From: a virus
IMG/VR virus record: IMGVR_UViG_3300043313_001040
Coordinates: 8,015 to 72,014 of that record
DNA length: 64,000 bases
Strand: one strand, 5' to 3'
The position numbers were made by a program, and so were the translations under genes. Under the pieces are notes generated by a model. It was not told the origin of the DNA, ran no database searches, and saw only the letters and a program-made list of their open reading frames with translations. Below, piece by piece: positions 47,132 to 54,601 of the stretch. Within the stretch, counting starts at the first letter, position 1; each line of letters opens with the position of its first letter.

Positions 47132-47760
47132 GCCCATCGGAAGCTAAGGATAAGATTCGCCAGATCCAGCGCATCCTTGAAGTCAAAGATGATGGCGACT
47201 TTGGAGTCAACAGTAAGCTTGCGCTTTCCAATCTCGATAACATCAGTCGTCAGCTCCCTCAGCCATCAATCGTAACACCGCCACCAGGGTCTGGAGAGAC
47301 GCCGGTTGATCCGCGAAGCGAGAAAGCCATCGCCACGTTGCATCCACGGGTCCAGCCAATCGCTCGTCAGTTCGTGAAGCTCACGGCCGCCAATGGCATC
47401 AAGGTTGAGATCACGTCGGGCACCAGGAGTTATGCCGAGCAGCAGGCGCTCTTTGACAAGCACGATGGAACGACCCGTGCTCCGGCTGGTTATTCGAACC
47501 ACAACTTCGGTCTCGCCTTCGATGTCACGATGGATGCCGAACCGGACGACACCCTGCAGCCGGTCTGGGAATCACCGCTCTACAAGAAGCTTGGAGTGCT
47601 CGGCAAAAGCCTGGGGCTGACCTGGGGCGGCGACTGGCAAAGCATCGTGGACGAACCGCACTTTGAAGTGCGCCCTCCGTGGGCCAAAGATTTAAGCGAG
47701 ACCTCAATGATCTCGGAGCTACGACGACGCCATGCCGCAGGAATCGACGCCTTCGCCTGA
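47128..47760 (+). CDS. Endolysin, peptidase M15 (L-Ala-D-Glu, CwlK-like) with N-terminal PG-binding segment
   Basis: SGTRSYAEQ, SNHNFGLAFD, WGGDW, DEPHFE; DGDFG. Confidence 0.92.
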   Translation: MSPSEAKDKIRQIQRILEVKDDGDFGVNSKLALSNLDNISRQLPQPSIVTPPPGSGETPVDPRSEKAIATLHPRVQPIARQFVKLTAANGIKVEITSGTRSYAEQQALFDKHDGTTRAPAGYSNHNFGLAFDVTMDAEPDDTLQPVWESPLYKKLGVLGKSLGLTWGGDWQSIVDEPHFEVRPPWAKDLSETSMISELRRRHAAGIDAFA

Positions 47761-47785
47761 GCCAGTGCCTCAGGAACAGGAAAAG

Positions 47786-47801
47786 TTGCAGCGTGCTGCA
47801 A
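47786..47801. repeat. 16-bp palindrome copy 9 (intergenic, after endolysin)
   Basis: TTGCAGCGTGCTGCAA. Confidence 0.9.
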
Positions 47802-47941
47802 AACACGCCTGCGATCTCTGTGGTGAGCCAGCCCTGGTCCATCAGTTCGGTTGCCACTTCTGCCGGGAGTGCGCGGTGAACAACATCTCAGTAACCGGTG
47901 GATAAGAAAATAAAATTAAAGTTCCCTCTGGCACGGCATGT

Positions 47942-47990
47942 GATTTGTCTTACAGCACCGATGGTGCAATTCTTATAAGTAAGACAAATC
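47942..47990. promoter_or_regulatory. 12-bp inverted repeat operator candidate upstream of replication operon
   Basis: GATTTGTCTTAC-N25-GTAAGACAAATC in an AT-rich gap. Confidence 0.6.
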
Positions 47991-48062
47991 CTACACCGAC
48001 CTAACGACTGGTTCATTGGGTCCGATTTGACGGCCTTTGATGTTTCTGAAAAGGTGTCGGTC

Positions 48063-48302
48063 ATGGCCAAACTCGCGCTCCCCAAGCTTCCAGAGCCACT
48101 GCCGGAGACTCTCACCGTCCGGTTCAAGAAGCCGCTAATGCGGGGGATTCTTACCTACACTATTTACTCGGACGTGACGTATAGCCGTCTCGTCCAGCGT
48201 GCCGTCGAGAAAGAGCTTGATCGACTGGCGCGAAAAGATCCCAAGCTCAAAGCCAAACTAGAAAGGGCAATGCAGAATGGAACTAACGACAACACCGAGT
48301 AA
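48063..48302 (+). CDS. Ribbon-helix-helix-like regulator
   Basis: TLTVRFKKPL...TYSRLVQRAVEKEL. Confidence 0.55.
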   Translation: MAKLALPKLPEPLPETLTVRFKKPLMRGILTYTIYSDVTYSRLVQRAVEKELDRLARKDPKLKAKLERAMQNGTNDNTE

Positions 48303-49089
48303 CCCCCAGGCAGTAGCAATCTATCAACGGATGCAAGACCCGCTCGACGCCATTACCAAGATGGGCGAGATGTTCGCGTCCAGCGGCATGTTCGGCTGCA
48401 CCAAGCGCGAGCAGGGACAGGTGCTCGCACTCGCCTGTCTCGTTCAGGGTAAGGACCCGTTCGAGTTGATGCAGAATTATTACATCATCAACGGCTCGCT
48501 CTCGATGAAGTCCGTTGCGGTCCTGGCCAACTTCATGAAGGCCGGTGGCAAAGTGAAATGGTTCTCGGCGCTCAATGATGCGAGAGAGGCCAAGGCTACT
48601 TTCTCCATCGGCGATAACACGCTGGAGGAAGCCGTCTACACCATCGACGATGCGAAGACCGAGGGTCTGATCAGTGGTCCCAACAAGAACAACTGGGCCG
48701 TGCGCCCGGCTGACATGCTCAGGGCCCGGCTGATCACCAAGGCTGTTCGCATGATTGCTCCCGGCATCATCATGGGCATGCAGGAAGAAACTGACGCTGG
48801 CAACCAGCCGCCAGTAGACCGCACGCCGCTGCGGGCAACTGTTGAAGAACCGAAGCCACAGGAGGAACCCGAGAAGACGCTTGAAGACATCCTGGCGGAG
48901 AATGATGTCTCCGAGCAGGACGCTATCAATCTCTGCGTTGATCTGAAGTTTCTCGATCCGGGTGAAACCCTCCGCAATCTGACGCCTACGGTGCGCAAGC
49001 GCATCATGAAAAAGGTCCCAGAGTTCATCGAGAAGGTGAAAGCCTTCAACCAACCGGAGCTACCCGACAATGAATCCGCCGCAAGTTGA
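48277..49089 (+). CDS. RecT/Red-beta-like single-strand annealing protein
   Basis: YIING.LSMK, YTIDDAK..GL, W..RP..ML.AR....AVR...PG. Confidence 0.8.
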   Translation: MELTTTPSNPQAVAIYQRMQDPLDAITKMGEMFASSGMFGCTKREQGQVLALACLVQGKDPFELMQNYYIINGSLSMKSVAVLANFMKAGGKVKWFSALNDAREAKATFSIGDNTLEEAVYTIDDAKTEGLISGPNKNNWAVRPADMLRARLITKAVRMIAPGIIMGMQEETDAGNQPPVDRTPLRATVEEPKPQEEPEKTLEDILAENDVSEQDAINLCVDLKFLDPGETLRNLTPTVRKRIMKKVPEFIEKVKAFNQPELPDNESAAS

Positions 49090-49234
49090 TGTCGAGGTAA
49101 TCTACCGGCCTAACAAACGTGAACGAAGACTTCAATTCATTGCCGACTCCCAACGAGCCGCCGCCGATATTGCCAAAAAGCGAAGCGCCCGAACCAAAGC
49201 CAACCGCGAGAAATATGCCAAGAAATCCAGATGA
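49070..49234 (+). CDS. Small basic protein (54 aa, not in track)
   Basis: MNPPQVDVEVIYRPNK...KYAKKSR. Confidence 0.4.
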   Translation: MNPPQVDVEVIYRPNKRERRLQFIADSQRAAADIAKKRSARTKANREKYAKKSR

Positions 49235-49343
49235 TGAGGAACCCGTGAAAGGTTGCTTCATTCTTTGTCTGACCTGCCTGCTTCTCTCGCTCGGCGTCTG
49301 GAAGCTCGTCGAGTTGATAATAATTTTCTGCCACTGGGTTTAA
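49119..49343 (+). CDS. Small membrane protein
   Basis: C-terminal hydrophobic helix; true start may be internal. Confidence 0.45.
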   Translation: MNEDFNSLPTPNEPPPILPKSEAPEPKPTARNMPRNPDDEEPVKGCFILCLTCLLLSLGVWKLVELIIIFCHWV

Positions 49344-49345
49344 CC

Positions 49346-50377
49346 ATGGCTGACCACCATTCCACCTTTGCACCGTCGTCTCTGCCGATGTTGGAGCAGT
49401 GTCCCTGCTTCGAACGGGCAGAGGACACTTCGTCGACCATTTATCGTGACCGAGGCGTAGAGTTACATCTGGCATTCGAACATCGGCTGCGCGGCTTCCC
49501 GCTCCCACCTGAGACTGTGCTTACCCCGTCCGAGAAGGAGCAGATCGAGTGGGCGGTCGATCACGTGCTTGTAAACATGTCGTCGGAATTCCCGCTGGAG
49601 ATCGAGCAGAAGCTCGTCCTCCTGGATGATAACTTCAACGTTATCACCTTCGGGACCGGTGACGTATTAAATGGGCCACAGTTATTCGATCTGAAGACCG
49701 GAGATTACCACAACTACTGGCTGCAGGTTGCCTGCTACGCCCTCATGCAGATGGACCGTATCGAGGCTGATCGAGCCAAGGTCAACCTTCTCTTTGTCCG
49801 GCATAAGAACGTTCATCAGATCGACGTTACCCGGGAAGAAGCAACCCGGCGCATCAATAAAGTCGTGGCTGCCGTGCTTGACCCGGACAAGAAACCCCGG
49901 GCTAACCCTTACTGTCGCTGGTGCCGCAAGGTCATGACATGCGAAGCAGTCGTGCACCTTGTCAGTGGAGTCGAGGCTGAGCACTACGAGATTCGCGACC
50001 CGGAAGCACTCTCCGCTGCGCTGATGGCTGCTAAGACCGTCAAGGAATGGGCCGAGCGCGTGGAGGCCTACGCCAAAGAGTCCGCGCTGGCCGGGATGGA
50101 GATTCCTTTCTTCTATCTCAAGAGTCGGGCCGGTGCCCGAGAGATCATGGACGTAAACAAAGCGTTCGCTCTCTCAGAGTTGCCTGCCGATTTGTTCCTA
50201 ACCCTTTGCAACCTGCCGGTCGGTAAGCTGGAGGATGCGATTGCTCAGCATGAAGGAGTAAAGAAATCTGCTGCCAGCAAGATAGTTAACACACGGCTAA
50301 GTGAAGTGATCAAGCGGCGACCGCCGACCGTTCACCTGGCTCCAACCAAAAACGAAGACGAACCAACGGAAAAATAA
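49346..50377 (+). CDS. PD-(D/E)XK Cas4-like exonuclease (DUF2800-like)
   Basis: HSTFAPSS, RG..LH, GTGD, FDLKTG, Q...YAL, CRWC. Confidence 0.85.
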   Translation: MADHHSTFAPSSLPMLEQCPCFERAEDTSSTIYRDRGVELHLAFEHRLRGFPLPPETVLTPSEKEQIEWAVDHVLVNMSSEFPLEIEQKLVLLDDNFNVITFGTGDVLNGPQLFDLKTGDYHNYWLQVACYALMQMDRIEADRAKVNLLFVRHKNVHQIDVTREEATRRINKVVAAVLDPDKKPRANPYCRWCRKVMTCEAVVHLVSGVEAEHYEIRDPEALSAALMAAKTVKEWAERVEAYAKESALAGMEIPFFYLKSRAGAREIMDVNKAFALSELPADLFLTLCNLPVGKLEDAIAQHEGVKKSAASKIVNTRLSEVIKRRPPTVHLAPTKNEDEPTEK

Positions 50378-50378
50378 T

Positions 50379-50918
50379 ATGCCATCATTCAAATACGACG
50401 ATACCCCGCGCAAGCCTTACGAGGAACCGGGTGAATACCAGGTAAAGGTGGAGACTGCCGAATGGCAGACTGCACGCGGAAGCGGGAACACCATGATCAA
50501 GCTCCAGCTCAGGACGATTCCTGGCGGCGCGGTGGTGTTCGATAACCTCGTGTTCGTGGACAAAGCCTTCTGGAAGGTCAGCTCCGCGTTCGCTGCTTTC
50601 TTCCCGAGCAAGGGAATCAAGGCACCAGCCAAGGACGAGAACGTGGATTACGAAGAGCGTCAGGATTGGCTCGACGAGCACCTGGTCGGTGCGACCGGCT
50701 GGGCGCTGCTCTCAAAAGGCACCAGCACCAGCGGCAAGCTGCGGAACGAAGTGGAGGCTTACCTGTTGCCGAAGAAAGGCGACAAGCCGGTGTCAGGTCC
50801 AACAACTAAACCGACACCGGCCGTCGCCACTTCTGCTTCAGCAACAAAAACGAAAACCAAGGAAGCCCCGAAGTCGACCTTCCCGAAATCTGACGATGAC
50901 GACGAAATCCCGTTCTAA
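50379..50918 (+). CDS. ssDNA-binding protein (DUF669-like)
   Basis: PGEY.V.V..AE...SGN.MIKL, FDNL, acidic DDDDEIPF tail. Confidence 0.85.
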   Translation: MPSFKYDDTPRKPYEEPGEYQVKVETAEWQTARGSGNTMIKLQLRTIPGGAVVFDNLVFVDKAFWKVSSAFAAFFPSKGIKAPAKDENVDYEERQDWLDEHLVGATGWALLSKGTSTSGKLRNEVEAYLLPKKGDKPVSGPTTKPTPAVATSASATKTKTKEAPKSTFPKSDDDDEIPF

Positions 50919-51069
50919 GCCTAACAAGCCGCCGTTTGAAGTAACCTACGTCGACAACCTACCGTTTGTTGTTCGTGATGGGTCAGTAGGTTTGGAGCCG
51001 ACCACAACCGAGGTCGCGCTACTGTGGGAGATTCTCCAGTCTATCAAGCGGGTAACAAAGAGTGGCTGA
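50896..51069 (+). CDS. Hypothetical protein
   Basis: Fills gap, overlaps neighbours. Confidence 0.45.
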   Translation: MTTKSRSKPNKPPFEVTYVDNLPFVVRDGSVGLEPTTTEVALLWEILQSIKRVTKSG

Positions 51070-52594
51070 ACTTCGACCATACCAACGGGACGCCGCTAAT
51101 GCGGTCTGGCGCGGGTTCAGGGAGCACCGCAAGCAGTTAGCGGTGCTCCCCACTGGCGCTGGCAAGACCATCATCTTCACAAAGATGGTGGCCCACCCAG
51201 CATTACAACCTGCGCTCATCCTCGCGCACCGGGATGAGCTGGTGCAACAGGCGAGCGATAAGGTGAAGGACGCCTTAGGTAAGGTCCCCGGAATCGAGAA
51301 GGCCCATCGTAGCTGCCATGTCGAGAAACCGCCCATAGTGGTCGGGTCCGTGCAGTCGCTCAGCAATCTCGAACGGCTTGCCAGGTGGAACCCCGACCAC
51401 TTCAAGTTCATAGTGGTAGACGAAGCGCACCACGCGCTCTCGAAAAGCTGGCAGACCGTCCTCGATCATTTCCCGAGCGCCAAGATACTTGGTGTCACCG
51501 CTACGCCCCATCGTGGTGATAAGAAAAACCTCGGCAAGTTCTTTGAGAACCTCGCCTACGAGATCAGCCTTCTTGACCTGGTGAAAGCTGGCTTTCTTTC
51601 GCCGATCAAGGTCAGGACGGTGCCGCTCAAGATCGACCTGACCCCGATCTCCAAGAAAGCTGGCGACTTCAGCGAGGCCGACAGTGGCGCACTCCTCGAA
51701 CCGATGCTGGAGCTGATCGGCGAGGCTATCCGCGAATTCGCGGATGACCGCAAAAGTCTCATTTTCGTTCCCCTTCGTCAAACCTCCAGGAAGCTTTGCA
51801 GCGTGCTGCAGAAACTGGGCCTGGCCGCCGAGCACGTTGACGGCGACGACCCTGATAGAGCCAAGAAACTGAGGGACTTCAAAGATGGGAAAATCACTCA
51901 TTTGTGTAACGCCATGCTGCTCACGGAAGGCTACGACGAGCCATCCATTGAATGCGTCATACCACTTCGACCGACCGCCTCCCAACCATTATACGCTCAG
52001 ATGGTGGGACGTGGGACTCGGACTTTTCCGGGTAAAGATCACCTTCTGCTTCTCGATTTCCTTTGGCTCCACGAAAAGCACAGTCTCATACGGCCCGCCC
52101 ATCTCGTCGCCGCCTCCGACGAAATAGCCAGGTTGATGACTGAGCCCATGACGGGCGAAGCCGAGAAGGGTCTCGTAGCTACGTTCGATCTTGCAGAGAA
52201 TCACGACGCGGCCCTCCACGAACGCGAAGAATCGCTCCGTCGCGAGTTGGCAGCCAAGGCATCAAGGAAGTCGAAGCTGGTCGACGCCCTAGAATACTCG
52301 CTCGACATCGGCAGCGTGGCGCTCGCGGATTACGAACCTGTCATGCCGTGGGAAGGGGAGAAGCCGACTGAACGCCAACTCGAACTGCTATCGAAGTTCG
52401 GCCTCAAACCGGAATCCATCAAATCCCGAGGTCACGCCGCAAAGATCATGGTCACAATGTTCGATAGGTCGAAGATGAAGTTGGCCACGGCGAAGCAGGT
52501 CTTTTGGTTAACTAAGTTCAGGCATCCCAGTCCGCATACTGCCAGCGAGAAGGAGGCAGCCGCGTTTCTGGACAAGAGGTTCAGAAAACGATGA
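51062..52594 (+). CDS. SF2 DEAH-box helicase (ResIII-like)
   Basis: LRPYQ, PTGAGKT, DEAHH, TATP, LTEGYD, QMVGRGTR. Confidence 0.95.
   Translation: MAELRPYQRDAANAVWRGFREHRKQLAVLPTGAGKTIIFTKMVAHPALQPALILAHRDELVQQASDKVKDALGKVPGIEKAHRSCHVEKPPIVVGSVQSLSNLERLARWNPDHFKFIVVDEAHHALSKSWQTVLDHFPSAKILGVTATPHRGDKKNLGKFFENLAYEISLLDLVKAGFLSPIKVRTVPLKIDLTPISKKAGDFSEADSGALLEPMLELIGEAIREFADDRKSLIFVPLRQTSRKLCSVLQKLGLAAEHVDGDDPDRAKKLRDFKDGKITHLCNAMLLTEGYDEPSIECVIPLRPTASQPLYAQMVGRGTRTFPGKDHLLLLDFLWLHEKHSLIRPAHLVAASDEIARLMTEPMTGEAEKGLVATFDLAENHDAALHEREESLRRELAAKASRKSKLVDALEYSLDIGSVALADYEPVMPWEGEKPTERQLELLSKFGLKPESIKSRGHAAKIMVTMFDRSKMKLATAKQVFWLTKFRHPSPHTASEKEAAAFLDKRFRKR
51796..51811. repeat. 16-bp palindrome copy 10 (1 mismatch, within helicase)
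   Basis: TTGCAGCGTGCTGCAG. Confidence 0.8.
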
Positions 52595-52755
52595 TCTGCG
52601 CCAAACGCTCCTACCCCGATAAGAAGGCCGTGACCACCGCGATCAAAGTCATCGAACGTCGACGGAAGAACCGGCCGAAACAACTTCGCAGTTACTACTG
52701 CTTCCGGTGCCATGGCTGGCATCTGACGCATCAACCAGAAAGGGTTTTTCAATAA
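52591..52755 (+). CDS. Small zinc-finger protein (54 aa, not in track)
   Basis: MIC.KR.Y...YYCFRCHGWHLT; ATGA and TAATG overlaps. Confidence 0.75.
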   Translation: MICAKRSYPDKKAVTTAIKVIERRRKNRPKQLRSYYCFRCHGWHLTHQPERVFQ

Positions 52756-53231
52756 TGAATTCTTACGCATCCGGCACATCCGTCTCGGTCGAGAAGACCA
52801 AGGGCGAGATCGAGGGCCTCGTTACTCGCGCTGGCGCTGATGCCTTCGCTTCCGCTTTCGCCAACGGCCAGGCCCAGCTCCAGTTCAAACTCAAAGAGCG
52901 CATCATTAGATTCCGGCTCCCGCTCCCCAAGCGCGATGATCCGCGTTTCATGAAGCGAAAGAAATACAATTACATGGTCAACAACACCGACGAGCAGGCT
53001 TACCGGCTCTGGGAGCAGGCGTGCCGGGAGAAGTGGCGCGCCCTCTTCCTTTCGATCAAGGCCAAACTCTACTCCATCGAGAGCGGCATCGAGTCGTTCG
53101 ACTCCGCGTTCATGGCCCAGGTTGTCATGCCCAACGGAAAGACGATGGAGGAACTCGCTGTCCCCATGATCGAACAGGCTTACGAGCGCGGCGCGATGCC
53201 CGATATGAACGTGCTGGCGTTGACATATTGA
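52755..53231 (+). CDS. Conserved hypothetical phage protein
   Basis: YA.GTSVSVEK...EI, WRAL.L.IKAKL..IE.GI..F..AF. Confidence 0.8.
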   Translation: MNSYASGTSVSVEKTKGEIEGLVTRAGADAFASAFANGQAQLQFKLKERIIRFRLPLPKRDDPRFMKRKKYNYMVNNTDEQAYRLWEQACREKWRALFLSIKAKLYSIESGIESFDSAFMAQVVMPNGKTMEELAVPMIEQAYERGAMPDMNVLALTY

Positions 53232-53233
53232 CC

Positions 53234-53602
53234 ATGAATATGACACCAAATATGATCCCGGTCGCCGACTGGGTTCCTTGCGCCCAGGGTCTGCCTGAGC
53301 CGGGGAAGTTCGTCTGGATTGTCGTGGGTCGCATCGTCGGCGCTGGCCTGGCCCGCCGTTACGTCAAAGAGGTTCACATGGGCACTTGGGACTCCGAGAA
53401 AGAGTGCTTCAAGATCTACCCTTACCGGCTGCCCATGGTCTCCAATCAGGTCTGGGCATGGGCCCAGATGATTCCGCCCTCCGCGCCGCTTACGCGCTCG
53501 ACAGAAGCCGTTCACCAGGGCGAAGAGTGGAAAGACGAGCCACAGCCACAGCCGGACGAGGAAGAGTTTGACGTTGACGACAGCTTTGATGAGGACGAGT
53601 AA
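53234..53602 (+). CDS. DUF551-like protein
   Basis: WVPC..GLPE.G..V, V.AW. Confidence 0.55.
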   Translation: MNMTPNMIPVADWVPCAQGLPEPGKFVWIVVGRIVGAGLARRYVKEVHMGTWDSEKECFKIYPYRLPMVSNQVWAWAQMIPPSAPLTRSTEAVHQGEEWKDEPQPQPDEEEFDVDDSFDEDE

Positions 53603-53613
53603 CAACGCCGCCG

Positions 53614-53817
53614 ATGACCAACTGGACCCGGGAATTCATCGAAGGACGAGTCGTCTACGTGATTCACGCCGAGGCCGGGGACACTATCGGCGCGGCTAAC
53701 GCCGTTTTCCAGCTTCTCCCAACCCTCCTGACAGGCGAAGAAATTCGCATCAGGCCCGCTGTCAGGCCCCCGGAACCACCCGACCCCTTCACCGAGTTCC
53801 TGCCTCAAAGCTTATGA
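53614..53817 (+). CDS. Hypothetical protein
   Basis: Operon packing. Confidence 0.55.
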   Translation: MTNWTREFIEGRVVYVIHAEAGDTIGAANAVFQLLPTLLTGEEIRIRPAVRPPEPPDPFTEFLPQSL

Positions 53818-54125
53818 TTGATCTGTTTTGGACGCTCGTCACCGAAGGGAAAGGCAAGGGCCTGTTTCTGAAGATGCCAGTTGAAGAGGGCGAGTCCATT
53901 TTCGGGACGCACCAAGTCGCTCTGTTCGCGCTGATCAACCATTCCTGCGAGCCTACCTGCAAATTACGAAAGTCAATGTATCTCCATTGGGTCACGGCCA
54001 GGCATGATCTTGCGCCAATGACCGAGCTGACCATCGACTACAACCAGATCCCGTTTCCCTGCTACTTTCTCGAATTTGATTGCCGGTGCGGTTCACCAAA
54101 CTGCCGAGGGCATATCAAGCTGTGA
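53814..54125 (+). CDS. Minimal SET-domain lysine methyltransferase with post-SET
   Basis: GKGKGLF, INHSCEP, ELTIDY, CRCGSPNCRG. Confidence 0.88.
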   Translation: MIDLFWTLVTEGKGKGLFLKMPVEEGESIFGTHQVALFALINHSCEPTCKLRKSMYLHWVTARHDLAPMTELTIDYNQIPFPCYFLEFDCRCGSPNCRGHIKL

Positions 54126-54601
54126 GCGATGTCATAGAGTTCTTTGTCCCGGGCATTCCTAAGGCTCAGGGACGACCGCGCACGCGCGTCATCAGGCGAG
54201 GAAAAGCTGCCTGGGCCCAAATCTACAACCCGCATAACGCGGACGACTGGAAAGCTCGTATCCAGATCATTGCCCGCCCACACGCGCCGCGCGCGCCGAT
54301 TCTTGGCCCCGTCAGGCTGTCGCTGACCTTCCTGCTCCCGCGACCTCAGACCCACTTTAAAAGGCGCGTGCTGCGCCCAGACGCCCCGCAGTGGCATGCA
54401 ATCAAGCCGGACATGGATAACTTCGAGAAAGCTATCCTCGACGCGATCACGGTCGTTAAAATTTGGCACGACGATTCCCAGATCGCCGATAAGCGCACAC
54501 GCAAAATTTACATACCCGAAGCAGACGATCCGCCAGGTTGCTTCGTGAGTCTGCAGGCAATCGAAACCGACCCACTTATTTCCGAGTTATGCCCACCTTA
54601 A
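54122..54601 (+). CDS. rusA: RusA Holliday junction resolvase
   Basis: PKAQGRPR, KPDMDN..K...D, W.DDSQI. Confidence 0.9.
   Translation: MSDVIEFFVPGIPKAQGRPRTRVIRRGKAAWAQIYNPHNADDWKARIQIIARPHAPRAPILGPVRLSLTFLLPRPQTHFKRRVLRPDAPQWHAIKPDMDNFEKAILDAITVVKIWHDDSQIADKRTRKIYIPEADDPPGCFVSLQAIETDPLISELCPP

Noticed and set aside
49346-50377. Cas4-like nuclease as evidence of CRISPR-Cas
   Set aside because: It sits between a RecT-like gene and SSB, the usual phage recombination exonuclease context
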